Assembly: GCA_964016885.1 (NCBI GenBank)
Contig: OZ024746.1
Span: 8,556,001-8,620,000, forward strand
Length of the DNA stretch: 64,000 bases
Origin: Eledone cirrhosa
Lineage: Eukaryota
Direction: 5' to 3'
The translations under genes and the position numbers were made by a program. This document shows positions 24,429 to 37,919 of the stretch, in pieces (within the stretch, counting starts at the first letter, position 1; each line of letters begins with the position of its first letter). The notes beneath the pieces were generated by a model. The model was not told where the DNA came from and ran no database searches. It was given only the letters and a program-made list of their open reading frames with translations.

Positions 24429-25116
24429 ATATAAATGAAAATAGAGAAATTAATGTGAGCAAGAAGCCAACAGTATTCCATAATATATAAGTGACTATTA
24501 CGTCAAAATGGAAAATAATTAACGTAAGATATGAGAAAATAATTCAAACTCAATTAAAAAAAAATCAAGACAGAGATTTTATCCACAGATTTTGTGAAAT
24601 CCAGGGAAAAAAACCAATAGAGTCTTAATTCAGAATAAAATAAAGTTTAAATAGTCTTAACTCAGAATAAAATAAAGTTTAAATACTCATCCTTCAATTT
24701 TGAAAAACTACAAATGCTCTTTATAGTCTTAAACAGACTATTTCACGAAACTTTTCAGTGGGATTAGTCACGGTTGGAGTCGTTCCTCAGTAGAGCTCAA
24801 CACGATAACCAAAAGTTCTATTGCCAAAATATACCAGAAAGGGAATTTAAAAGCAGGCTAGTTCACCTCGTGCGGAATTATGAAAATAAACACACATGGA
24901 GAAACATGGCTGGTGACGTCATAATGAGACGAATGTCTGTTTACAAGAAAGAGCAGTCAAAAACATTCCGAAAAAACTCTACAAAATGTAAGGAGTTCAG
25001 CAAAATAGCAATATTATCGCGTTAGGAAAAATTCCGAGTATAAATATAAATGAAAATAGAGAAATTAATGTGAGCAAGAAGCCAACAGCATTTCATAATA
25101 TATAAGTGACTATAAC

Positions 25117-25118
<2 letters not shown>
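24429..25118 (-). mobile_element. 615-bp unit with 75-bp terminal direct repeats and one hammerhead, in (TA)n
   Basis: Direct repeats 24429-24503 and 25044-25118; HHR at 24716-24796. Confidence 0.72.
24716..24796 (-). ncRNA. Type-I hammerhead motif with a full stem III
   Basis: Minus strand: gctct-a-CTGAGGA-acga(31 nt)tcgt-GAAA-tagtct(gttta)agacta-TA-a-agagc. Confidence 0.75.
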
Positions 25119-25178
<60 letters not shown>

Positions 25179-25189
25179 ATGATGATGAT

Positions 25190-25735
25190 GATGGCTGCAA
25201 CTCAATTTCGAGTAATGCCATCTTTTCATACTTAAGGATGAGCATCACGGGAGTGGCTTTTTAGTCCTGCTAAAGACCTGCCTATGGCCAGCAATACCTT
25301 GCATCGCAGAAAATGTCACATATCCAGCAATGCCTGTGCTTGAAGGCTTAAGTGAGGAAAGGCTTTGCACGGGGCCAATCCCACTCTCTGAACATTGAAT
25401 GCATTTATCCCAAAAGGAGAACTGGTCTACATCATTGGATACAAACGAAGTCACAGGTTTTATATGAGAGTGACCTTCTTCTAGAGAGATGTCTTAATGA
25501 AGACTAGGAGTCTCTCGCTCCACAAAAAAAAAACAAAAAAATATTGGATGGCCGTTGACTCTCCTGAGATTCTCCGCCCTTTGACGGGTTTTGTTTTTCA
25601 TCCTGCAGGGTGTCCAAAATCACGCTCCTTACCAGGCAAGCTTGGTGGGGTTGCCAGTTTATCGTCGACAACCCGACCATGCACAGGTTGTACTGGGCTA
25701 CATGTTACCAGTATTTGCTGAAGAGCAACCTGGCA
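25190..25735 (-). mobile_element. RTE-derived bipartite non-autonomous retroposon (diverged family)
   Basis: Collinear similarity to 55100-55677; (TCA)n tail at 25173-25192. Confidence 0.65.
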
Positions 25736-26949
25736 TATACATACGTACATACATACATACTTTCATGCATGCATAGATAGATGCATACAGAAGTACACAC
25801 ATACTTTCATGCATGCATAGATAGATACATACATAAATACATACATACTCATTCAATCACACATATATTAATATTTTCATTAACACTACAGTACACAATT
25901 TAGGCAAACATAAATATATATAAACGTATATACAACAAACACATTCACAGTATATACATACCATTTTACCATTTTACACATACATTCATATACATACCAT
26001 ATACATTATAAATGTATATATTTTGATTCACGCATGAATGACACAACTCACATCAAACATGAACAGGTTAATATATGAAAGTAAATGTAGTTATTTTCCT
26101 TAAATTCTCGCTCTAACTCAAATCATTTTTTAATGTCTTTACTTATTAAATAAATATTAAAACTGGTTAGGTTTCTTTTTTGAACGAAACTTATTTCAAA
26201 TGCAAGGGAATAACGTTTGGAAGTTCTATCTAGCGACATTGGTTCAAACAGAACCACGTCGTTTTACTTCTTTTGTTATTTTTGTTGTTGTCTTTTCTAT
26301 TGCTCTCTTATAAGAAACTGCTCGTCTCGAACGAGATGGATTTGCAATTAGATCCGTGGCTTCCTCATTCGTGAAATAAACTTGTAATCATTCATTTGAG
26401 AAACTGTTTTAAGTACCAATAATTCATATTTCTAAGCACGTAGTTGGTTAGATTGGATGCAGTAATAACTATTTGCGCTTAATAATTTGAAAGTGTTTAT
26501 GTATGTGATAAAATATGAGTAGAATTTACGTAAATACTATATTAATATCACTTCAGTCTGAAATAAAATTAGCTAGTTTAAATGCAATGAAACTTTATAT
26601 TCGTTCTCTATATCATTGAATCAATCGAACACTCAATCAATCAATCAATCAAACAAATCAAGTAATCAGTATATCAATCAGTAATTTACTCGATTAATCT
26701 CTGCCTAACAAACTACCATCAAGGCATTAATAAGATTCACGTGTTTATGATGATCTCCTGTAGCTGTAGAAAGTTCTTCATCTGGTAGGGAATGTCAGTG
26801 TGGGATTGTGTGTGACAGCTCACACCTATGTGTGTGTGTGTGACAGCTCACACCTATGCAGGTTTATCTGGCCTCCTCCCAGGTATATCTCGTTGAAGGT
26901 GTCTTTGGGTGATTTAATGATAGGGATCCCAGTCCTAGCATCTCATCTC

Positions 26950-27085
26950 TACAGCTGAGTAAACTGGAGCAATGTGAATAAAGTGTCTTGCTCAAGGAAA
27001 CAACACATCACCCGGTCCGAGAATTGAACTCACAACCTTTCGATTGTAACCCAATGCTCTAACCACTAAGCCATGTGCCTTCACA
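26950..27085 (-). mobile_element. CORE-type tRNA SINE fragment (also about 61295-61382 on -, about 51832-51930 on +)
   Basis: aagtgtcttgctcaagga-aacaac CORE-like block followed by reverse-complemented B and A boxes (ctaaccactaagcca). Confidence 0.65.
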
Positions 27086-27100
27086 GTGTGGGATTGTATA

Positions 27101-27268
27101 TAATTGTTTCTACTTTTGGCACAAGGCCAGTAATTACCCAGTACATTACTGGTACTTTATTTTATCGACCCCGTAAGGATGAAAGGCAAAGTTAACTCAG
27201 AATGGCAAGGGCCGTATGCAAGGGCTCTATGCGTCAAAGCATCGCGTCCGACACTCTACTGATACTGT
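27101..27268 (-). mobile_element. tRNA-derived SINE (OK/Meta-like)
   Basis: Matches the family consensus with an internal deletion. Confidence 0.8.
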
Positions 27269-27512
27269 CAAAATGTGTAACCAATTGTTGTACAGCGACC
27301 CTCATACATAAATCAGCGTCCACAGTCCAGATCAAATGACAAGACCATTGGGAAACATTCCAGACCAAAAAGACTACAAACTAATGCCTCTCTTCCCAAA
27401 TATACAATGCTGCTATACGTCAACAGGGAAACCCTTTCATAGTTGTTTGATCTGCTAAATATTCTATCGTCTCAAAATAAACTACGCACTACATAACATA
27501 ATACTAACCATT

Positions 27513-27697
27513 TGGATTGGCAGTATCGGTAGAGTGTCGGACGCCATGCTTTCTAGCATAGTTACGTCCCTTTACGATCTGAGTTCAAATCCCGCCGAGG
27601 TTGACTTTGCCTTTCATCCTTACGGGGTCGATAAAATAAAGTACCAGTAATGCACTGGGTAATTGCTGGCCTTGTGCCTAAAGTAGAAACAATTATT
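27513..27697 (+). mobile_element. tRNA-derived SINE (OK/Meta-like), near full length
   Basis: A-box tggcagtatcggtaga, B-box gagttcaaatccc, conserved body. Confidence 0.88.
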
Positions 27698-27787
27698 AAC
27701 AAATATTATCTTAAATTTATAAACAATTCGGTCATTCAGTGCATGTTTGATGTAGTTATTAAACAAATACACCAATACAACAAGCAC

Positions 27788-27835
<48 letters not shown>

Positions 27836-27860
27836 GTTTTAATATAGATGAGATTCTACC

Positions 27861-27907
<47 letters not shown>

Positions 27908-27915
27908 ATATATGT

Positions 27916-28323
27916 ATAGTATATTTGGCAATATACCGTATGTTTAATTAAAAACATTTAGAAGACCATACGCTATCAGTTTTAAAGTACTGACTATGTC
28001 ACTTCTTTTCAGCGAAAGAAGGGAGAGAAGCTGACAGTCTGTTTCACGCTGGTTGGCGTTCACCAGAGCCACGTACTCCTCTGCTTTCGCCGAGAATTAT
28101 AGAAGCTGGATTCTTATAGAATTCCAGTAATAATCCGGAGCTGATTATACAGAGCGATTGCCGGTCCAGCAAAAATTAGGTATTAGGATTGGTGCTCTGA
28201 AATAGCGATGTATACATGTATACAGCGTATGGTTTTCTAAATGTTTTTAATTAAACATACGATATATTGCCAAATATATAATACATACATTCATGTATAC
28301 ATCACTATTTCAGAGCACCAATC

Positions 28324-28329
<6 letters not shown>
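27916..28329. mobile_element. (TA)n-flanked Penelope-type remnant with nested inversions and a variant HHR (28029-28070, -)
   Basis: Inverted pairs about 27920-27974/28224-28278 and 28181-28218/28292-28329. Minus strand ggct-CTGGTGA-acgc(caacca)gcgt-GAAA-cagactg-TC-agct. Confidence 0.62.
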
Positions 28330-28364
<35 letters not shown>

Positions 28365-29101
28365 GCATCTTTAGTGATCCTGCAGGTTGAGTACCAACCA
28401 ATTTTGAACCTCTAGTTATTCTACATTTCAGTGTTTTGTGGAAGATTCCAAATGAAAAAAATAGGACAGCAAACCTCTCTTCCAAGATTACACAACATTC
28501 CTACTTTTTCTTTATACATAAAGTTTTTCAATTTCTATTTTTCTCTTAAAGGAAACCAATGTAAAAGCTCGTTTCCCTCAAACGAAACAAACGCTGTAAA
28601 GAAAATTTAATAAAACATTCATGTTTAGAGTTTCTAATCCACACCATTTTCCATTTGATGTTATTTATATTGGTTAAGGCTAACGTATTCTCGTATTTAT
28701 ATTTAGAACGATACACAATGGAGAACGAAAGAAGCATTTAGATGAAGCGATTGATGTTTGCCTTCGCAACTAGAGTATTTCAAACGATAACGACATTTAT
28801 AGAGCAGCTGAAATATAGTTACGTCTTTGTTGACGACATATTTAATTAGATGACAACATAAAGAAATAGACAAGAAAATGAAGAAAAATAAATCAAGGCA
28901 CATATAACCACAAAAAATATAATTAAAATAAATCGCATATTTTTATTGATTTCTTTAATTACAATAGAAATAAAAGAGAAAAATACGAATAAAAAGTTGT
29001 CAAATGCTCGAATTTAAAAAGAAACAGCTGTTGTCATTGCTTTAGTTCATTGATAGGACAGATTGAGTATTAGACATACACAGCAGACATATATATATAT
29101 A

Positions 29102-29670
29102 TGGTGGCTGCCAACTCGTTTTCGAGTACGGCCACTACTTTATATCCATGTAGGAGAACCCCTACTGATGCGCTGAACGAGTGTGACATTTTAGTCCAGC
29201 CAGTGACTTGAAAACTCTGGTACAAACACTACACTTGTGACAATTATTGACACATAGTGCTGGGCCCATGGTACCATGTGACGACAAGTGCAGAGAGATC
29301 TCCAGATATAAAGCAATGCCTGTGCCGTGAAGCTTTTAAGTGAGCAAAGGCACTGCACAAAGCCAGTCCCACTCTCTTAACCAAGATGATATTTACCAAA
29401 AAGAAGAACAAGTCAACATCATTGGATACCATCAGAGTTTCAGGTGTTATATCAGAGTTTTCCTTCTCCTAGAATTCTGCCTTGACAAATGCTAAGGGAT
29501 CATCTCTCCCGGTGATTTTGGATGGCCATTGACTCTTAAGAGCTCCTTTGCTCTTTGATAAGTTTTGTTTTTAGTCCTGCAGCATGTCCAAAGTCACCCT
29601 CCTCACCAAGAAAACCTTGGTGGGGTTGCCAGTTTAGTCGCCAACAACCTGACCATGACACATATTGTAC
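29102..29670 (-). mobile_element. RTE-derived bipartite non-autonomous retroposon
   Basis: Highly similar reverse complement of 55100-55677. Confidence 0.75.
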
Positions 29671-29691
29671 TATACATACATACATAGATAC

Positions 29692-29765
<74 letters not shown>

Positions 29766-29770
<5 letters not shown>

Positions 29771-29992
29771 TATGTATACGTACATACATATATTTATACA
29801 GACGTACAGTAGTATGTATATATATATGCATACATGCACACATATATATATGTACGTATGGATTTACCGAACATTTATTATAATGCTCGGTGTGTTTGTA
29901 AACAAACATCCCGAATTAAGCCGTAGTGTCTAGCAACCATCGTTGCTCATTTGTTCGGTGAATCCATACGTACATATATATATGTGTGCATG

Positions 29993-30038
<46 letters not shown>

Positions 30039-30142
30039 CTACTGTACGTCTGTATACATATATGTATGTACGTATAATACTTATATTTAAGTAACAGCCG
30101 TACTAAGAGTGAGAAATGAAATTACGTTTCATTTTTTTCGTT

Positions 30143-30143
<1 letters not shown>
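29766..30143. mobile_element. Partial inverted copy of the ~430-bp retrozyme-like unit (HHR segment absent)
   Basis: Same sequence as 20959-21960, switching strand at about 29953. Confidence 0.78.
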
Positions 30144-30175
<32 letters not shown>

Positions 30176-30187
30176 TTATATATATAT

Positions 30188-30273
<86 letters not shown>

Positions 30274-30400
30274 TAAATTGTGCACTAAGCAGCTGAAGTA
30301 TGTTACAAATTATTATCTGTACATAATACAGTAAAGGCTTTAAATCGATTAAACATTTGAAAGCCTTTAACTACGAATTTTAAAGGCCATAGCGGGGCCA

Positions 30401-30482
<82 letters not shown>

Positions 30483-30988
30483 TACGTATACGTATATGTG
30501 TGTGTGTATATGTTTATGTGTGCAATATGTATTAATATATAAATACATGGACATATCAAATGATATGTGTAGGGTTAGATGGATAGATGGACAAATAGAG
30601 GGGGAGATAGACAGATAGTTAGATGGGTAGTTGTAATGACTTAATGCCTACAGTGTAAGGACCTTGCTTAGACACGCCAACGCATTGTTACAAGAATATA
30701 CCAAGCTGCGAATTCGCAAAATATATCTTTTGAACAAGCGCCGCAAAAACATTAAAATAAATATTAAATTCTGATTTAGATACAACGCCGCACGGATTCA
30801 TGCAGACATCAACGAGTAATACTGACCTTAGAACTTGACTGGTAGATATTTTATGGGCCCAGAAATGACGAAAGTTAAAATCAACCTTGGTAGGATTCGA
30901 TCACTGAACTATGAAGAGGTGTAACACCATTTCAGAAGTTTTTTTTTTCAACGCCTCATCCATTCTACCACACACCACCTTTCATCTA

Positions 30989-31068
30989 TTGGGTTGTAAC
31001 ATAAATTCCTGCCGTTGTTATAAAAATTCTTAATAACAAAAACGGCGGAAATTTATGTTACAACCCAA
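30989..31068. mobile_element. 80-bp palindromic mariner-type MITE
   Basis: ttgggttgtaacataaattcc.gccgtt / aacggcggaaatttatgttacaacccaa. Confidence 0.7.
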
Positions 31069-32598
31069 GAAATAATTATTGGAGAAGGAACAGTCGATTT
31101 TATTGCTTTCAGTATTTGGTTTGTATTTTATTTTATTGACCGTTGAGAGAATGAACTCAGAAACATGTAGAAACACAACTAAATGCGGCAAAGAATTTTG
31201 TCCGGCTCTGTTCCAATTCTACCATTGACCATCGCTCATCAGAACGAATATTAAAAAATAATTGCGTAGACAAGCATAGATAAATAATTGGATGTGTTTC
31301 ATCCAGTGAATGGAAGAAAATAGGAAATATCTCTGAATAGCAGAGAAAGCATGTAAATACCATCAGCTAACATATCAGGTTTGTGAAAGGAAGAAAGATG
31401 GAAACGATATATGGTGAAGTCTGTGCCAATAATATTAGCGTATATTGCTGGAAGAATAGCAAAGGTTGAAAGGCAAATGTGCAAGATAATTAAAGTAGAA
31501 ACTCAAAGACGTTTGTTGAAGACGTATGAATAGTTTGATCATATTCCAATAAGGACATTTTAGAGAATTTAACAGGAGACAGACTAGATATTTCTTTTCA
31601 AATATATTCTAAGCGGGCCTTCATTTCTTCAAGAAACAAAGACAAATAAACACTTGCGTCAAGCGTAATACCATTTTCCCATCAGCAGTAGTCCTTTTAA
31701 ACATAATGAGCTCTTTTAGCTAGAGTTGTCACCTAACCTTATCTCCACAGATAAAATTACTATTGCAACTATTTATTATCGCGAGGCGACAGCGTTGTAT
31801 GACCGACATAAACGTTCTAGGCAGATTGTAAGAAATCTGAACAGGAACAAATCAATAGAAACAGGAGGAATGGTTATAAGCGGAATATTATAAAGACAAT
31901 AAAGAGACGTTGTTCACACTAGCTCTCTGTTTACTTCACATGACATAATATGCTGCGGACCAAGATTAATGGGCACTAATAAGGTAATAGAATTCAGAAA
32001 ATGCATGTGCAATGTTTAGTTTCCATCACACAGTTTCGGTCAACTAAATTGTAGATGACCTACCGCCAACGTTCAAAATCTTGTCATCAGCAATTTTGCT
32101 GCGTTCCTGACTACAGCACTTATCTATATCATTCATCACTCTTGCCTACATTGTTACATACCAATGAGATAGTCATTTCATATTCTAAAAGTAAGAGTAA
32201 AATCTCCTTCAAATCCCACCCAACCACATTGGAAAAAGCTAAGACTATTAGATACTGTTGATCATAGGCTTACTCGCTGATGACTCAACTGACGGTAAAA
32301 AATAACAACAAACATTCTATGTCGGCTTTGGTTTTCTTTAAAAATAGATAGTGAAAATAAATAGCAAACAAGATACTGGCTTGAAGTAATCAACGATAAT
32401 CTCCGAAGATTGTCCCTAATGGTGGCTGTAGTCCTTGTTATTGGAAGTTGAAAGCGTGTTTCCTTCCGTGTAGTGACTACAGTAATTGACAGGGGAAAAT
32501 GTGAATAGCTGGTAGCAGGATGCTCAGAAGAGGGCGATCTCATACTGAGGACTTTCCCCTCACCCCAAAATTGTTGGCTTTTAGACTAAATCAGAAAC

Positions 32599-32790
32599 GC
32601 GGTGGATTGGCAGTATTGGTAGAGGGTCGGACGCCATGCTTTCCAGCATAGTTACATCCCTTTACGATCTGAGTTCAAATCCCGCCGAGGTTGACTTTGC
32701 CTTTCATCCTTACGGGGTCGATAAAATAAAGTACCAGTAATGCACTGGGTATTTGCTGGCCTTGTGCCTAAAGTAGAAACAATTATTATT
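32599..32790 (+). mobile_element. tRNA-derived SINE (OK/Meta-like), full length
   Basis: A and B boxes, conserved body, (ATT)n tail. Confidence 0.88.
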
Positions 32791-33168
32791 GTTATGAAAG
32801 AAAAGACAAGGTTTGGGGAGATCTACTGACATTAAAGATTAACAACTATTTTTCAATTACAGTAAACAGACTGGCTGTCCATTTTAATTATAACTATACT
32901 TATACTATTCCTTGTTGAAGATTATATTTAGAGATACAGGTAATAGTAAAACTTCATTATTTTCATTGACATCTAAGAAAGCTACATAAAGAAGTGTATG
33001 GTAGAAGAAAGAGAACTTTCCAATAAATGTTTTACATTTTTGTTATTAATTCTTTTATGTTTTTTACTTGTTTCAGTCATTAACCTGCGGCCATGTTTGG
33101 GCACCACCTCGAAGGAATTTAGTCGATCATATCAGAATCAGTATTTGTTTTTTTCAAGTCAGGTACAT

Positions 33169-33361
33169 CAGACCTGTCAACTCTCCCCGTCCAATGGGGA
33201 CATCTCTCACCAACTTTGGGGTGGTGACAGATGTCTTCTCTTGTGAAAATGGGTATAACTTTCATTATGTAAAATTTCCCATTTTCCTTCATTTCTCCCC
33301 GTTTTGGGGCACTTTTTCTCATGGTACTCCCCGTTTGGGTTTTTAAAGTTTGGCAGGTCTG
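33169..33361. mobile_element. ~195-bp DNA-transposon MITE (copy 1)
   Basis: TIRs cagacctgtcaa / ttggcaggtctg; interrupts an older repeat. Confidence 0.78.
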
Positions 33362-33445
33362 GGTATATTTTTTATCTGGTTTTGTCGAACCGCTAGGTTA
33401 CCGGATATAAACAAACAGTAAAGGAATACACTGACACAGACACAC

Positions 33446-33640
33446 CAGACCTGCCAACCTCTAAAAGCCCAAACGGAGAGTACCATGAAAAAAGGTGCCC
33501 CAAAACGGGGAGAAATGAGGCAAACTGGGGAGATTTTACATAATGAAAGCTATACCAATTTTCACAAGAGAAGACATCCCTCACCCACCCAAAAGTGGGT
33601 GGGAGATCACCCTGCCGGACAGGGAGAGTCGACAGGTCTG
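33446..33640. mobile_element. ~195-bp DNA-transposon MITE (copy 2, inverted relative to copy 1)
   Basis: TIRs cagacctgccaac / gtcgacaggtctg; the interior is the diverged reverse complement of copy 1. Confidence 0.78.
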
Positions 33641-34148
33641 CACACACAGAAGTATTTATATATTCTTACGCTGTACTTCCACAATTTTCGTCCACCAAGT
33701 TCTACTCACATAGCATTGGTCAATATATACATATACAAACACATATTTATTATACCTATGATTTAAAAACAAAACAGTTGCAATCACCTATGCAATTTTG
33801 TTATATAATCAGAACTAAAACTTCTCTGCACTAATTACATATTATTAACACATTAAACTTAAAAAGCTTTTCATCAATAACAAACCACTAGCATGTATAA
33901 TTGCGAACATGCTTCTAACAACCAAATTTATTTACAAATTTGTTTGAAAGCCTAAAATATGTAATCTTCATGACTTTGAGCGATTTATTGACTATACGAT
34001 TACGGTACTCTCTTCCCGTTTCATCATATTTTACAAGGAGCAGAAACAAATTATATGGTAAAATATTAGTAAATAATACATCAATAATATACACAATTCT
34101 ACAGAAAAATACATGATTAACAATGGTTTGTTTATCTACATGATTACT

Positions 34149-34625
34149 AATTGTTTCTACTTTAGGCACAAGGCCAGCAAATTACCCAGTGCATTACTGG
34201 TACTTTATTTTATCGACCTCGTAAGGATGAAAGGCAAAGTAAACCTCGGATTTCTAGTATAGGCACAAAGTCAGTAATTTGAGGGGAGGGGAAAGTCGAT
34301 TAAATCAACCTCAGTACGTTACTGGTGCTTTATTTTATCGATCCCGTAAGGGTGAAAGGCGGGATTTGAACTCAGATCGTAGAGTCCGACTCTACCGATG
34401 GTGCCAATCCAACGCCCTTATTTATATGATTAATAATTGTTTCTATATTTGGCACAAGGCCAGCAATTACCCAGTACATTACTGGTACTTTATTTTATCG
34501 ACCCCATAAGGATGAAAGGCAAAGTTAACCTCGACGGGATTTGAACTCAGGCTGTAAAGGTACGTAACTATGCTGGAAAGCATGGCGTTCGACCCTCCAC
34601 CGATACTGCCAATCCACCGCCCTTA
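34149..34625 (-). mobile_element. Cluster of three tandem SINE copies/fragments
   Basis: Repeated ggcacaaggccag..ttatcgacc..gggatttgaactcag blocks. Confidence 0.82.
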
Positions 34626-36073
34626 TATGATTAATAATGGAAGCAGTACTCACCAGAGAACACGATGCTAAAATTAACACAAAGATAATATACACAAATC
34701 ACAATCACAAATAAAAGCCTGGCTCAAGACGTATAAATCAAAAGATCGAATATTCAAGTTTTACGAGTAATGGCGCCACTAACGACATTCCTCTTGCCTA
34801 TAATAAAACGCCAGTAGTACACGCTAACCCCACTTTATACTAAGGATGAGAACGTGAAGGTCTAGAAACGTTGATAATAAGGTTTAGACACTTTATTGTT
34901 TTAAAGAATATGCGAGAAACAAGCTCAAAATATGGAAAAAAAACATCATAAAAAAGATTATCTTGAGTACAGTTGTACACGTATGTATGTATGTATGTAT
35001 GTATGTATGTATGTATGTATGTATGTATGTATGTATGTATGTATGTATGTATGTATGTATGCATGCATGCATGCATGCATGTATGTATGTATTTATGTAT
35101 GTATGTATGTTTGTATGTATGTATGTATGTATGTATGTATGTATGTATGTATGTATGCATGCATGCATGCACGTATATATGCATTTATGGATGTATGCAT
35201 GCATACATCCATAAATGCATATATACGTACATACATGCATGCATGTATGTATGTATGCATATATACGTACATACATGCATGTATGTATGTATGTATGTAT
35301 GTATGTATGTATGTATGTATGTATGTATGTATGCATGCATGTATTTATGCATATATATACATATATATACGTACATACGTACTTATGTATGTATGTATGT
35401 ATGTATGTATGTATGTATGTATGTATGTATGTATGTATGTATGTATGCATGCATGCATGTATGTATGCATATATATATGTATGTATATACGTACGCCCGT
35501 ACTTATGTATACATGTATGTACGTACTTATGTATGTATGTAGGTACGTATGTAAGTATGTATGTATGTATGTACGTACTTATGTATGTATGTACTTATGT
35601 ATGTATGTATGTGATAAGATAGTAATATTCTGTTTTTTCTTACTATAAACACAAGCCTTATAATTTAGGTAAAAGTAGAACGGAAATTTGTTATGGTCAT
35701 GAGTCTCCCAAATGTAGAATCAGTAAAACTGAAGTGACTTCAACAGGAAATCGAAAATGCGCTGTGGAATCGATTTCTCAGGTCTTATCTCTCGCTCTAC
35801 CAGTCACACTAGCTTTTTAGACGTATGCACTTGCATGAACGGCGGTTAATGTTTACATATATTTATTATCATAACATACACAAACACAGACACACAGACA
35901 TACAGACACAGACACAGACACAGCCATAGAGACAGATAGACACAGACACACAGACACACAGACACACACACAGACACACACAGACACACACAGACACACA
36001 CAGACACACACACACACAGACACAGACGCAGATGCAGACAAAGGCAGACTGACAGTCAGACGCACACACACAT

Positions 36074-36135
<62 letters not shown>

Positions 36136-37859
36136 CAACAGTGAACAATATAAAAGCAGATATGAAATCATTGTTAGATATAAAGGAAATATGTCAACAT
36201 TACTTTATATTTGATTACCCTGTAATTGAAATGTTTTCTCCTGTGAATAAAAGCAATATTTTAGTCTCGTCTGTCCTCTTCTCGCGTGACAATATTCTAT
36301 GGCGAAGCTTCTCGCCAGTTTTTGAATTATTTTGGCGCTACAAACCAAGTTGTTTTATTTTTTTCCACCAAGTTATGAAAAGATGGAGTGTTTTGTGAAG
36401 CTTTTTACATAACTAAGCATCACAATTATGGTAACGTTACCTGAAGGAACCACTAATTGGTCGGTTGAATTACCAAAAATAGTAGTCAAATATCCCTCAA
36501 CTCAAATCCTATTGTATTTCATATTAAAGGGAAAGGGAGTAAGTAGATTATATGTTTACTCGATCAGCATTGCCTTATGGTAAAACAACAACAATAACAC
36601 CATAACCACCACCACCACCACCACCACCAAAACATCAACAACAGCTACAATGACAACAACAATGACAACTCACCAAAAGATCCCCTATATCAGACGTATT
36701 TATGCGGTAAAATAAGAGACAAATCTTCATTGAATTTTAGCCTCCTTATAAAACGAAAGAAGCAGCATACATATCTGAAAAGAAAATTTTTTTTCAACAT
36801 TACATAAACGTCGTATGATATTGGTTCTAGTTTGTTCGATGATGTTGGCTTATTCTATTGGAACTATCAATGAAAGTGAAGAGACTTCAGCTTGGAATCG
36901 AAAGTACACCATAGTTTCAAACTACACTATACTTACGTTTTGCAATTTGCTGATCGCCAGTCTGATATCTAAAGATTTATTATCTTTTCTTACTGATATG
37001 CGGTATATCATGATTACAGGCTCATGAAAACTGTCAACTTTATTGTGTGGTGTGCGAATTTTATTATTCTCCTCCTTATCGGACACATGCAGCATCAAGA
37101 GCTCAACTATATTCTATGGCGCCCAACAACGTTCAAGAGATATATATTGTTTTGACATTTTGATAACATGTTTCAGGCTACTAAATGAGATGCAATATAT
37201 TATTTGCAAAATCAGCGTATTTTCAGCGATTAGATTATTTACAGAAAAAGAGATTGGGAGTTCTTTACTACTTAACTCTACATTTAGTTTATGACAGACC
37301 TGAACATTAAAAGAACCGTGTTGTGTTAACTTATCGCCTGCATGTGTTCTGATAATGAATACTTCAGCTACTAAATCAGGTCTTTATGAAACTAGTTTGT
37401 TGTTGATCTGCGCTTGGCTTGTTTGTTTATTTCATGGTTTGTTTATATAATGCAATAGTTGTTTAGAATTTACTTTCGTTTAAGTGTATGTGTTGGAAAA
37501 AAGTGACTTCACCTCTTGCCTTCACACGTCTTCTGAGACTGATGAGGGCGTCCTGAATGATGATCCTTTTGAACGGCTGTGTGTTGGTGGCTGCATGGAA
37601 CACATAAGCAAAGAGGAAATTCCAAAGGGAAGGTGCTTTGAAAGGAAAGACGAGTAAGTTGATGGAGCCTATGTGGTAGCGACACGGGACCAAAATACTA
37701 ACAATAGTAAATGGAGACAGAGTGTGGAACCCATTGGAAGGCAGCTTCGTGCCAATCATTATATAATGACATTTTAATGCTTTTGAAATGTGCTTAACAG
37801 GTCTGATGTACAATAAACTTGTGTTGAATATGTGAAAATGTGAAACCGGCTTACTTCTT

Positions 37860-37919
<60 letters not shown>

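Noticed and set aside
34835-34880. Hammerhead at CTAAGGA...GAAACGTT
   Set aside because: Core G5 is mutated and the stems are poor; at best a decayed remnant.
37534-37570. Hammerhead at CTGATGA-gggcgtcct-GAAT
   Set aside because: GAAT instead of GAAA and no convincing stems I and III.
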